IMG/VR virus record: IMGVR_UViG_3300050491_000011
Direction: 5' to 3' (one strand)
DNA from: a virus
Taxonomy: Duplodnaviria; Caudoviricetes
DNA: 64,000 bases
Shown: piece by piece, positions 30,256 to 39,439 of the stretch
Layout: the number at the start of each line of letters is the position of its first letter
Numbering within the stretch: the first letter of the stretch is position 1
Notes under the pieces: model-generated
Databases searched by the model: none
Told to the model about the DNA's origin: nothing
The model's input: the letters and a program-made list of their open reading frames with translations, nothing else
Position numbers and translations under genes: made by a program

Positions 30256-31485
30256 TTACTCTGGGTCTTTGTCGCTGTACTGACGAAGACTTGCGTTGGC
30301 GTGCAGATACGCCGACTGAGCAATGCCACCCAGAACCGGGAGGATGGTGCGAGGACCAGTACCGATACGCCCCATGATCTTCGATACGATTGCCGGACCT
30401 TGCTTAACCCGGTTCTTGTCGATGCCGCCGCTCATGGACTTCAGGTCGCTGATAGCGATACGCAGATCACGCTTGATGTCGCCCATCAGCTTACCAACGT
30501 TACCGAGACCACGGCAGATGTCACGGATCTCGCCGAAACCGCAGACGAAGGTGCCTTCATTGATCTTGGTGGACGAGCGGGTAACTTTGATAGCGGCGTT
30601 CAGCACGTTGATATCGTTGTCACCAGCGGATACGGCCACGTCATTCAGACCTGGGTACTCGTAGAACTCGTTGGTGCCGTTCGGAGTGCCTTGCGGCAGA
30701 TCGGCTTCAGCGACTTCCTGACCACCCTTCAACTTGTCAGTGACAGTCTTGGAGAGCTTGGAGTACATCTTGATCCAGTCTTCAGTCAGGGTCTTACTGA
30801 AGTTGCAGGCGGTGTCCAAAGACTGAGCTGGTGTCAGGGTCTTCGAACTGGTCTGCAAGTAAGCAGCCCACTTAGGCGCGCCGTCGAACTTGTCTTTCTT
30901 CAGAGTGCCAGCGGCCTGGTTCTGACGAGAGATCAAGTTGTCGCGCATCTTGTAGACAGCGCTTTCGGTCTTGCCGTAGTTGTTCATCAGACCGGTCAGC
31001 ATCTCGGCCAGCTTAGCGCAAGCGGCTTTGAAAGCTTCCCACATGCGAGCGATCAGGCCTTTCGATTTGCCTTCAGTTTCCTGACGGTTCTCGAAGCTGG
31101 TCTGATGTACGCCGATGGATTCGAACGACGCAGAGAACACCGCATCAGGAACTGGCAGGTCAGCGGCACGCAGGATGTTACCCACACCCAGTTGGTATTG
31201 ACGTGCAGTCTTCGAGTTCCAGTTATCAGCCGGTACGCGTTCCATGAAGCTCGAAACGAACGACTCCAGGGATACGGTTACTTCAGCGATGCTTTCAACG
31301 TTGCGGCTACCTTCAGCGATTTCAACGTCGCTAGCAACAGCGTCGGATACGCAATCAGCCATCTCGTTGATGACCACGTCAGTTGGGTTCTCTTCCAACA
31401 TCATGGCGTCAGCGGCTTGCTGTAGTGGATCATCGTGTACAATCATGGAAAAGACCTCAGTTGTAAGCGTTGGCACATTCGTCAA
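30256..31485 (-). CDS. internal head protein paralog 1 of tandem array
   Basis: SLES/ASFES sites, then KSKGLIARMW helix. Confidence 0.7.
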   Translation of the reverse strand: MTNVPTLTTEVFSMIVHDDPLQQAADAMMLEENPTDVVINEMADCVSDAVASDVEIAEGSRNVESIAEVTVSLESFVSSFMERVPADNWNSKTARQYQLGVGNILRAADLPVPDAVFSASFESIGVHQTSFENRQETEGKSKGLIARMWEAFKAACAKLAEMLTGLMNNYGKTESAVYKMRDNLISRQNQAAGTLKKDKFDGAPKWAAYLQTSSKTLTPAQSLDTACNFSKTLTEDWIKMYSKLSKTVTDKLKGGQEVAEADLPQGTPNGTNEFYEYPGLNDVAVSAGDNDINVLNAAIKVTRSSTKINEGTFVCGFGEIRDICRGLGNVGKLMGDIKRDLRIAISDLKSMSGGIDKNRVKQGPAIVSKIMGRIGTGPRTILPVLGGIAQSAYLHANASLRQYSDKDPE

Positions 31486-32686
31486 TGTAACGAATGCTTG
31501 CCTTGATGGTTTTGAGGAAGTACGGGGTGGAGTTAATCCAGCCCTGTGCTGCCAAGCTACATGCTTTGTTCAGGGTGCCGAGTGCAGTCCGGAGTACTGC
31601 CACATCAGTCTTCTCGTTGTGCTCTGTAACGCTCTTCGAGAGTTTGCCGACCTTATCGGTAATGGCTGTGAAAGCACTCATCTCACGCTTGAGCTGATGG
31701 AGGACATTGAGCCCATCATTGCAAACGGAGACACCTGTCTTCAGTTCAGCTACAGAAAGCAGATCAGCTTTCGTGTTGTTGACCATGGCAGCTTGATGGA
31801 TCTTGATCTTAGTCCCCATGATCGGGTTATCGCCAGCACCCGGAGTAAGCTCCAGATAGTGGTTCGGCGTAACGTCGAGCTTGATCGCCTTAACGGAGAC
31901 AGACTTCTTCGCAAACTCGGTAATACTCTTACCGATCTGATCAGCCTTTACTCCAGCGATATTGGTTGGCAGCGGGAACTCAACCAAACTCTTCCAGCCA
32001 TTACGCCATTCAACCGCGAAGTCTTCGAAGACAGCAACCGTCTGAACAACGTGACGGCTAGGCGGTTCGATACGAGAGTGTTTGTCCGTAAGATAGGCAG
32101 CAGCCTTACCCACGTTAACATCCTCGACCGTAGCCTTAGCGTCAGCCTTGATTGAGGAGACCTTCTCCTTAACCTTCTCGAGATAGTTCTCGACAGACTT
32201 GCCGCTGTCAGTCAGGTTCTCCCAGAAGGACACAAACGCATCAGCCACAGCTTTCATCGCCGTGTGCAGCCACGTCAGAATACGACGGAGGATACCTTCC
32301 TTCTTCTCAGCCACTTCAGTGCTGTAGTTGCGGTTACCTGCTTCGAACGAAGGTACGATCATTGTCACGGGGATGTAGATATCTGCGTTAACGAGAATGG
32401 CTTCAACCGACAGACGTAGAAGATCTGCGTCGCCTTCATCGAGTCCATCCGCGCCGCATGCAGCGATACTCTTGTCCACCAATTCAGTCAGGTTATCAGC
32501 CACACCAGCAGCAGTGGAGATCTCATCGGAATGACCCTCCACTACAGCCGCAATATGAGACAGCTTCTCGATATTGCCGTCCGCATCACCCGAAGCCGCG
32601 ATAATGGAATCCTCGAGGCTCAGGTGAATGATCGGACGTGGGGTCGACGCCGACTGTGCGAGTCTTTGAAGAATGCTAGCAGTCAT
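31457..32686 (-). CDS. internal head protein paralog 2
   Basis: LSVEAIL..IVPSFE..YSTE..KKEGIL.RIL.W shared motif. Confidence 0.7.
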   Translation of the reverse strand: MTASILQRLAQSASTPRPIIHLSLEDSIIAASGDADGNIEKLSHIAAVVEGHSDEISTAAGVADNLTELVDKSIAACGADGLDEGDADLLRLSVEAILVNADIYIPVTMIVPSFEAGNRNYSTEVAEKKEGILRRILTWLHTAMKAVADAFVSFWENLTDSGKSVENYLEKVKEKVSSIKADAKATVEDVNVGKAAAYLTDKHSRIEPPSRHVVQTVAVFEDFAVEWRNGWKSLVEFPLPTNIAGVKADQIGKSITEFAKKSVSVKAIKLDVTPNHYLELTPGAGDNPIMGTKIKIHQAAMVNNTKADLLSVAELKTGVSVCNDGLNVLHQLKREMSAFTAITDKVGKLSKSVTEHNEKTDVAVLRTALGTLNKACSLAAQGWINSTPYFLKTIKASIRYIDECANAYN

Positions 32687-32699
32687 TGTCGGTCACCGG

Positions 32700-34130
32700 T
32701 TACTTGGCGTGGTCGTAGGTATTGCCCTGGTTGTTGCCAGCAGCATTCGCACGATAGCGCTCAGGACGAACCACTTCAGGTTCATCATTCTTGGTATCGC
32801 TACCACCAGCGCCACCTTTGATCTTGCTGGCCGACAGGTCGCAATAGCGCATGTTGGCTTTGAGCATCATCAGGAAGTCAGGGACGGCTTTGGTCCAGCC
32901 CTGAGACATGCAGCGGCAACCGCCGAGGATACCGTTGACCCACTGGCGCAGCTCAGGATCGATCTTCGCACCGGCCATGGATTCAGCCATCTTCAGACGG
33001 CTCAACAGAGTGTTGCAGGTCTTGACGACCGCATCAGCGCTCTTGGTCCATGCCGATACATCTTTCTCGATGACCTTCATGATGTCGAGGGCTTTCAGAG
33101 CCAGCGTGCAACCGCTCAGCATTTCAGCGTGCTTCAGCACCTTACCGGTGTGAGCAGCCTTTTCCTTGATGACAGCGCGATGCAACTCAACCTTGGCGCC
33201 GTTGAGAGGCCACTTGCTATCTTCGCCCGGAGTCAGCTTGATGCTGCTGGTTTCGGAGATCTTGATGTCCTTCAGCTTGGACATGTCGTTCTTCATCGAA
33301 CGGGTCAGCTCAGCTGCCGCAAGGTTCAGGAACTCCATGATCGGGCCAACATCGTTCATGTTGCTTGGCGGCTTGATGTCGATCAGATCTTCGAACGCGC
33401 CATGCCAGGCCGAGGTGAAGTTCTTGAACAGACCCATGTTGGTCTGAACGATCGAAGCAGGTGGCTTAACCTGACCAGAGCCGTTGGAGCAGTACGCGCC
33501 AATGCTTGCACCGAGGTTGATGGTGCCTTCTTCGGTTTCGCCTTTGTTCTTGTTGATCTTCGCCAGTACGCCTTCGCCGTACTTGCCGATCGACTTGCTG
33601 TTGTTGAACAGGCGATGCCAGAACTTGGCAACCATGTCCATCAAGCTCTTGAACGCTTCAGCTACCCAGGCGAGGATACGGCCGATAACGCCCTTCTTCT
33701 TTTCTTCAGCTTCAGTCGAGTAGTCCGCACGGCTAGCGCAGGATTCGAAAGAAGGAACCACGACGCCGACTGGGATACCCAGACCGGAGACCTTCAGGAC
33801 AGCTTCCACCGACAGGGTCATCAGTGCAGCACCTTCTTCGGTGATGCCGCTGTCGCCGTAAGTTTCGATGGTCTGATCAACGATCGACTCGATGGAGCCT
33901 GCCGCAGCTTCAGCTTTATCGATGGAGGCGTTTTGCCCACTGATGTCTTCAGCGATCGCATTGATCTCGCCGACTTCGGCCATGATGTCTTGCGACAGCT
34001 GTTCGAGGTCATCGCCTTCGACCGGTGGTGCTGGTGGTTCCTCGAAAGGAAGGTTGGCGAGGTCCGGCGCAGCTGGAAGCTCGGACGATTCAACGCCATA
34101 GTTGGCAAGTTGCTGCAAGATAGATCGCAT
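32700..34130 (-). CDS. internal head protein paralog 3
   Basis: Start MRSILQQLANYGVES after AAGGA SD; VVPSFES..DYSTEAEEKKKGVIGRIL.W. Confidence 0.7.
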   Translation of the reverse strand: MRSILQQLANYGVESSELPAAPDLANLPFEEPPAPPVEGDDLEQLSQDIMAEVGEINAIAEDISGQNASIDKAEAAAGSIESIVDQTIETYGDSGITEEGAALMTLSVEAVLKVSGLGIPVGVVVPSFESCASRADYSTEAEEKKKGVIGRILAWVAEAFKSLMDMVAKFWHRLFNNSKSIGKYGEGVLAKINKNKGETEEGTINLGASIGAYCSNGSGQVKPPASIVQTNMGLFKNFTSAWHGAFEDLIDIKPPSNMNDVGPIMEFLNLAAAELTRSMKNDMSKLKDIKISETSSIKLTPGEDSKWPLNGAKVELHRAVIKEKAAHTGKVLKHAEMLSGCTLALKALDIMKVIEKDVSAWTKSADAVVKTCNTLLSRLKMAESMAGAKIDPELRQWVNGILGGCRCMSQGWTKAVPDFLMMLKANMRYCDLSASKIKGGAGGSDTKNDEPEVVRPERYRANAAGNNQGNTYDHAK

Positions 34131-34167
34131 GGCTATGTCCTTGGTAATGTTGAACGTGGAACGATGA

Positions 34168-35529
34168 TTAAGCGGCTTTGGAGTACGCCGATGCACTGGC
34201 GCTGACGTAGCCATCGAGTGCTGACTTAACAGCCCAGATAGTTTTGATCAACTTAGGAGGAAGCAACCCAAGATCGTAGACGATGTCAACGGCCAATTTG
34301 TAGGCGTCGCACGCTTCTTTGATCGAGGTGGTATCTTCGTTGGCCGCTTTCTTCTTGGTGTACAGCGAGTTAAGCTGGGCACTCATGTCGTAAAGCTTGG
34401 TAGCCAGACCGTCGATTTCTTCAGCAGCATCCTGAAGAGGTTTGATGAAGTCACCAACATGGTCGGTCCACGCCGGAACTGCATCGGTGTAGTCTTCCAT
34501 ATCCTGAGCGCTGAGAGCTGGATATTCACCACCCTCGGCTTCTTTGTGAACGACCATAGCGCTGGTCAAGTTCATGGTGTTGCCTTTCTTCTCGCCAGTC
34601 AGGACGATGTCGATGTTCTGGCAGATGTTGAACTCGACTTCCTTGTTCTGCGAAAGGCCGACCGCATTAACCAGAGCAGTGAACACACGAGGGAGTTCGC
34701 TTTCCTTGGTAGGTTGTACGCCATTTACGATCTGACTTACCTTCCGAACGATCTCCAGAACGCGGGAAGCGGATTCCTTGCCGAAACCTTTGAGATTCTT
34801 GAGGGTCTCAGTAGGCTTCTTAGCCCGGCCGTCTTGTCCGATGATGAACTTCGGATCTTTGACAGTGACCTTAGTAGAACTGGAAGGCGCAGCAGGCTTC
34901 GGAGTTTCCTTTACCGGCTCTGGTTTCTTCTCAGGTTCTTTCTTCGATGCAGGAGAGACTGGTTTCTCAGCCGGCTTCTCAACAGGCTTCTCCGGTTCCT
35001 TTTCCTCTGTAGGTTCAGGTTCCGACTTACCGTTAACGGCGTCATCAACCTTCTTCTTCAGAGCTTCGTTCTTTGCCTGGTCGTTCTTCTTGAACAGACC
35101 GAGCTTTTGGAAGAAGGCTTTCAACATCCCCATCAGAGTAGTGAAGGTACGCTTGATCCATGCCCAGATCTTGCCGATGAACCCCTCACTCTTCTCCTCA
35201 GCTTCCGTGGAGTAGTTCTCCTCGTTACTGGATTCAAAGGACGGTGCAATCATCGTGACTGGAAGATCGAGATCCGACGCCATCAACACCGACTCCATGC
35301 AGACACGATAAAGCGCAGCACGCTCTACGTCCATGGATGGCTTATCTTTGAGGAAAGCATCGCGAATGTTCGTCACCGAAGCGAGTGCTGTACGAGCGCG
35401 AACAATCTGGTTTTGAAGCGCATCGATCTCACGGAACTCCGATTGGAGATCCACGCTTTCGAAGCTATAAGTAGCCTCTACTCGTTCGATGTTATTAGTA
35501 GCAAGTTGTTTCAAAATGCTCGCGGTCAT
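34168..35529 (-). CDS. internal head protein paralog 4 with P/E/K-rich linker
   Basis: MTASILKQLA start; IAPSFES..NYSTEAEEKSEGFIGKIWAW. Confidence 0.7.
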   Translation of the reverse strand: MTASILKQLATNNIERVEATYSFESVDLQSEFREIDALQNQIVRARTALASVTNIRDAFLKDKPSMDVERAALYRVCMESVLMASDLDLPVTMIAPSFESSNEENYSTEAEEKSEGFIGKIWAWIKRTFTTLMGMLKAFFQKLGLFKKNDQAKNEALKKKVDDAVNGKSEPEPTEEKEPEKPVEKPAEKPVSPASKKEPEKKPEPVKETPKPAAPSSSTKVTVKDPKFIIGQDGRAKKPTETLKNLKGFGKESASRVLEIVRKVSQIVNGVQPTKESELPRVFTALVNAVGLSQNKEVEFNICQNIDIVLTGEKKGNTMNLTSAMVVHKEAEGGEYPALSAQDMEDYTDAVPAWTDHVGDFIKPLQDAAEEIDGLATKLYDMSAQLNSLYTKKKAANEDTTSIKEACDAYKLAVDIVYDLGLLPPKLIKTIWAVKSALDGYVSASASAYSKAA

Positions 35530-35622
35530 TTTACACACTCGACTAGAGTATTATGCAAAGATCGAGAAGACCTCGCTCGGCGGATTATTACTTACATAAG
35601 ATCTCCCTAAAGGAACGATTAA

Positions 35623-35970
35623 ATGCATATTGGATCGGTCCACGATGTTGAGTTTGAGACGACTCCACACGGCAATGTAATCCCTGTTCTGAAGATTCAT
35701 TCTGGAAGAACAAAGGTCGACTGGGTGTTACCGAATATCCATGTCCTTCAAGAAATGAAGTTGTGGATGGCTGACATCGTCTGCATGACTGAGAAAGCCG
35801 GTAAGACTAGCATTGAGGTTCTTCATGAGAATCGCCCTATAGATGCTAGTCCAGTAGAGTTACCACACGTCTGCCAATCGTGTGGAGAAGAACTCCACAT
35901 CTATCTAGAACGGCGACTGATCGTCAAGTGCGTTAATCAGTCTGGTTGTAAGGCTCAGAATGTAGGATGA
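35623..35970 (+). CDS. stand-alone OB-fold plus C4 zinc finger resembling part of NAD-dependent DNA ligase
   Basis: V.FETTPHG.VIPV, LPN, CQSCG...CVNQSGCKAQ match the LigA OB/Zn region; no adenylation domain. Confidence 0.65.
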   Translation: MHIGSVHDVEFETTPHGNVIPVLKIHSGRTKVDWVLPNIHVLQEMKLWMADIVCMTEKAGKTSIEVLHENRPIDASPVELPHVCQSCGEELHIYLERRLIVKCVNQSGCKAQNVG

Positions 35971-35974
35971 CGCT

Positions 35975-36427
35975 ATGCTACTGGATGTCAAAGGAGACAT
36001 GCTCAAGCGCGCTCCGAAAGGATCGCTAATAGGCATACCCGTTAACACCGTCGGCGTTGGTGGAAAGGGTCTGGCACGCTTAATGAAGATACGTTGGCCA
36101 GAAGCGTACAAGAAGTACTGCAAAGATTGTAGACGCGGCAGGATCGCATCAGGAGAGCTCTGTGTGTATGACGTAGGTGAGTATCGTCTCGCCATGCTGC
36201 CCACTAAGTACTACTGGGGTAATCCTTCCGATAAAGGCCTGATCACAATCACGGCTAAGAGACTCCTTGCCTACATGGAAGGGAACTTCGAGTCTGATTG
36301 CTACATCCCTCAGATCGGGTGTGGTGAAAGGACTGGAACGCTGGACTACGAAGTTGATGTTCGTCCTATCCTCGAGGAAGTGTTTGGGGAGTCTGACGAA
36401 ACCATTCACGTATTCGATTGGAGCTGA
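35975..36427 (+). CDS. DarG-like macrodomain ADP-ribosyl hydrolase
   Basis: VNTVGVGGKGLA, LPTKYYW, IPQIGCG parallel DarG VNTVGVMGKGIA, FPTKxHW, IPPLGAG. Confidence 0.8.
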   Translation: MLLDVKGDMLKRAPKGSLIGIPVNTVGVGGKGLARLMKIRWPEAYKKYCKDCRRGRIASGELCVYDVGEYRLAMLPTKYYWGNPSDKGLITITAKRLLAYMEGNFESDCYIPQIGCGERTGTLDYEVDVRPILEEVFGESDETIHVFDWS

Positions 36428-36430
36428 CGA

Positions 36431-36685
36431 ATGTTCAAAGAACTAGATGCGAAGATACAGCAAGATCTGATCTCACTCGGTAAGGAAGTTTGGGCTGATC
36501 TCAATACAGATAAAGCCGTTCCTAAAGAAGTGTATATAGCGAGAGTTGATGAATTCCTCAGCCGTCTACATGCGCGCACTGCTCCAGAGTTCGAAGCAGT
36601 CATGAATCCAGACGGATCATTCACCGCCTACATCCCTAGGAGCAAACCCCTATGTCAACTGACAATAGTAGCAACACGCAAGTAA
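36431..36685 (+). CDS. hypothetical protein
   Basis: Short ORF in operon. Confidence 0.6.
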   Translation: MFKELDAKIQQDLISLGKEVWADLNTDKAVPKEVYIARVDEFLSRLHARTAPEFEAVMNPDGSFTAYIPRSKPLCQLTIVATRK

Positions 36686-36690
36686 AGACC

Positions 36691-37047
36691 ATGGCCTTTG
36701 AGAGCGCTCAGATTGAACGTATCGAAGCATGGCTGATTGAAGAAGGTTGGACGGTTAATCGTTTCGATTACTCCCTAACCCCTTCTTGCGCTGAAGTTAA
36801 CTACCGTGCCAAGACATTCCGTTCCAACATCAGCAGCGCCTACTACTGTGCTCAGGTGTTTGAACGGGTTGAGAACAACCTCAAGACAAAAGGAGTAACG
36901 ACCGTTGGAGGATACATGTACGTCTTCAGTGGCGGAGAAACGCACAGGCGGCACGATGGTGGCGATCTTTACCAACACAAAGCGCTATCTATCCACCCGG
37001 TGGAGTTACCGCGTTCGCAACCTAAGGCTATTGATGAGCTGATCTGA
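36691..37047 (+). CDS. hypothetical protein
   Basis: ATG 5 nt after upstream stop. Confidence 0.6.
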   Translation: MAFESAQIERIEAWLIEEGWTVNRFDYSLTPSCAEVNYRAKTFRSNISSAYYCAQVFERVENNLKTKGVTTVGGYMYVFSGGETHRRHDGGDLYQHKALSIHPVELPRSQPKAIDELI

Positions 37048-37054
37048 CAGCAGA

Positions 37055-37084
37055 CATAAGGCCCGGCTCAGGCCGGGCTTTGTG
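37055..37084 (+). terminator. CATAAG-hairpin-TTTGTG element
   Basis: GCCCGGC-TCAG-GCCGGGC. Confidence 0.65.
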
Positions 37085-37105
37085 CTGTAATCGTAATCAA
37101 AGAAT

Positions 37106-37124
37106 TTACAGTCACATATAGTCA
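37106..37124 (+). promoter_or_regulatory. TTACAGTCA-N5-AGTCA motif (copy 1)
   Basis: Recurs at 50369-50387 upstream of another membrane-protein gene. Confidence 0.5.
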
Positions 37125-37155
37125 ACACGAATCTATACCTTAAAGGAGAAACACC

Positions 37156-37251
37156 ATGGCAAACTTTGCCCGCGCTGTAGCTGTAGGTGTCACTGTCGTA
37201 GTGGTATCGCAGATCATCCTGAAACAACTTAGCAAACGCGGCTACATTTAA
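37156..37251 (+). CDS. 31-aa single-TM peptide (not in ORF track)
   Basis: AAGGAGA SD; MANFARAVAVGVTVVVVSQIILKQLSKRGYI. Confidence 0.65.
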   Translation: MANFARAVAVGVTVVVVSQIILKQLSKRGYI

Positions 37252-37282
37252 CTCACCCCTAACGACCGAGGAGGTCTGTAAC

Positions 37283-37411
37283 ATGAAACAAGTTAAACTG
37301 GTACTCGTTGGCATGATCCTGAGCATTGGCGTATCGACTGCATACTCGACCGGTATCTTCGACGAAGCTGGGCAATACAAGGCACAGCACGCAGCATTCG
37401 CAGCGCAGTAA
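37283..37411 (+). CDS. 42-aa signal/TM peptide (not in ORF track)
   Basis: GGAGG SD; MKQVKLVLVGMILSIGVSTAYSTG... Confidence 0.65.
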   Translation: MKQVKLVLVGMILSIGVSTAYSTGIFDEAGQYKAQHAAFAAQ

Positions 37412-37437
37412 TTATTGCAATCTAAAAATATTCATGC

Positions 37438-37446
37438 ATACATTAC
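37438..37446 (+). promoter_or_regulatory. putative early promoter motif ATACATTAC
   Basis: Intergenic, A-rich upstream. Confidence 0.55.
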
Positions 37447-37498
37447 TAACGTAGTCATGCGCTGACTTTTGATACCCACTGTCCGTGGAGGACGCCCC

Positions 37499-37825
37499 AT
37501 GAATTTCCAAACCGTAGCAGACATCATCATCTGCCTACTCTTCATCTACTTCGCTACAGTACGTACCCGCGTAGTCTGGAAGCATTTGAAGGATAACGGC
37601 GCAGTAACAGTCACCCGCATCTACGGCTGCTGCTGCGTCACTATCGGTTGGAATGGGAAGATAGCCCGATACGTTAAAGTGACTCTGCCGATACTCGCAG
37701 TGCTGCTTTACGGATCGTGGTCTTTCCACTTGATCGGCACTCTTAGCTTCTTAGCTATTGAGCAAGCCATCGCACTCGTTGTAGCTTTATCGCTGTACCT
37801 TGCTGCGCGCTTTGTAACTCGTTGA
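37499..37825 (+). CDS. multi-pass membrane protein
   Basis: GGAGG SD; about three hydrophobic segments. Confidence 0.7.
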   Translation: MNFQTVADIIICLLFIYFATVRTRVVWKHLKDNGAVTVTRIYGCCCVTIGWNGKIARYVKVTLPILAVLLYGSWSFHLIGTLSFLAIEQAIALVVALSLYLAARFVTR

Positions 37826-37880
37826 ACCCAAACCCCTATCGTAATACCCTTTGTAATTAACGTCCGTGGAGGACAAACAA

Positions 37881-38231
37881 ATGCTCGATATCATCTTCAC
37901 TATCCCAGCTGTAATCATGTTCATGATCATCACCATGGTGGCCGGCTACATCATCGGTAAACTGAAACCAGAAGAACGCTGGGAAGAAGTTGCCATGGCT
38001 TTCTTCACTCTCGGTGACTGGGGCTTCAAGACCACCTTCGCTCGCCGCATGATGCTTCTGTTAAACATCGTAATCGCAGCCGTCTGGATCTACTACATCG
38101 ACACTCCAGTCTTCGTAGCTTTCTGCATGAGTATCATCATCGGTTCCTACATCGGCGCCTACATCTTGAACACCCGTTGCGACATCCCATACCCAGACCG
38201 TGACGCTCTGAAAATGATGTTCGTCAAGTAA
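37881..38231 (+). CDS. multi-pass membrane protein
   Basis: GGAGG SD; three hydrophobic segments. Confidence 0.7.
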   Translation: MLDIIFTIPAVIMFMIITMVAGYIIGKLKPEERWEEVAMAFFTLGDWGFKTTFARRMMLLLNIVIAAVWIYYIDTPVFVAFCMSIIIGSYIGAYILNTRCDIPYPDRDALKMMFVK

Positions 38232-38299
38232 ATGTAACGATATGTGAGGGTGGCCTAGCCACCCTCATTGTTAATCTTTTTTTTTGGTCGAGGTGTGGG

Positions 38300-39340
38300 A
38301 TGCCTAGTAATAGTAAGAAGCAATATGATCTCATGAAGATCGCTTCGTATAACAAAGAGTTTGCAGAGAAACGCCACATCGATCAGGATGCTGCTCGGGA
38401 ATGGCACAAGGCCGACAAGGAGATGGAGAAGAAGAATAAAGACTTCTACAAGAATCTCCCTGACCACGCCGAAGATTCGAAGAAGAAACCGAAGAAGAAG
38501 CGTACCAGCCAACGTCGTAAACGTGAGAAGGGCGAAGCTCACGAGAAGGCTAGCGATGCTTCGATGGAAGGCGTTGTATCGTCTATCTTGGATCTGTTCA
38601 AGTCCAGTAAGACTATCGACGACATTCCAGACAACGTCAGCGACGCTATGATCGAGAAGCTGTCTAACGATCCTAATGCATTGGCCGGTATGGAACTGCG
38701 TGAAGGTCCGATCGACGTGCGTGGCGCCAACACCCACTTCTATCTGAAGCATTGGTCGAACAACTGGCTGTCTGATGTCGAGACCCATGCCAAGCAGATC
38801 GAAGCCTTCTACAAGAAGTTCATCCCTGCGCGTGTAGCGTATGGCAATGCGCTTGAGAAGATCTATAAGCAATGCGAGAAGATGTCTCCTAAAGAAGCAC
38901 TGGAGTACGCCAAGCCTCGCGTTGACATGGAGAAGATCAAGCTCGGCCGTATTGAGCTGCCTGACTTCCGTAACCTGGCTGTCGATGTCCGTTACTCTGG
39001 TCATGGCGCTAAGCTGTCCCTCGGTAGCCCAGGCAAAGGTCCTGAAACCATGGGCGCTCTCAGCGAAGGCGCTATCCGTAAGATCGTTTCCATCCTGAGT
39101 ATCCTTGTCCGTAGCCACGACTACGAAGAAGACGACTACGGCTGGAACCTCGACGATACGGATGAAGCGAAGTTCTGGATGCATCACTTCCCTGATGACG
39201 ATCGTACTTGGGGTCAGATGCTTGGCCTGTTCCCATGCGCTGGTGACTGGTACGAGTTCTCGTACGATGACGTTCTGAACATGGTTGTCAACAAGATGTA
39301 CCTCGGCTTGAAAGGCTTGGTCGTTAAGTCCGTCAAGTAA
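38300..39340 (+). CDS. probable virion head protein with basic propeptide
   Basis: MPSNSKKQ..LM.IA...FA.K..I....A.EW.KAD N-domain, Lys/Arg tract, then ASME cleavage-type site. Confidence 0.55.
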   Translation: MPSNSKKQYDLMKIASYNKEFAEKRHIDQDAAREWHKADKEMEKKNKDFYKNLPDHAEDSKKKPKKKRTSQRRKREKGEAHEKASDASMEGVVSSILDLFKSSKTIDDIPDNVSDAMIEKLSNDPNALAGMELREGPIDVRGANTHFYLKHWSNNWLSDVETHAKQIEAFYKKFIPARVAYGNALEKIYKQCEKMSPKEALEYAKPRVDMEKIKLGRIELPDFRNLAVDVRYSGHGAKLSLGSPGKGPETMGALSEGAIRKIVSILSILVRSHDYEEDDYGWNLDDTDEAKFWMHHFPDDDRTWGQMLGLFPCAGDWYEFSYDDVLNMVVNKMYLGLKGLVVKSVK

Positions 39341-39369
39341 CATAAGCCCGGCTTCGGCCGGGCTCTATG
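39341..39369 (+). terminator. CATAAG-hairpin-CTATG element
   Basis: GCCCGGC-TTCG-GCCGGGC. Confidence 0.7.
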
Positions 39370-39389
39370 CCGTCAACTTATTTACAAGC

Positions 39390-39398
39390 ATACATTAC
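39390..39398 (+). promoter_or_regulatory. putative early promoter motif ATACATTAC
   Basis: Upstream of amrZ-like gene. Confidence 0.55.
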
Positions 39399-39439
39399 CG
39401 AATTGTCACTTAACCATTAATCTAGATCGGAGTTACAGT

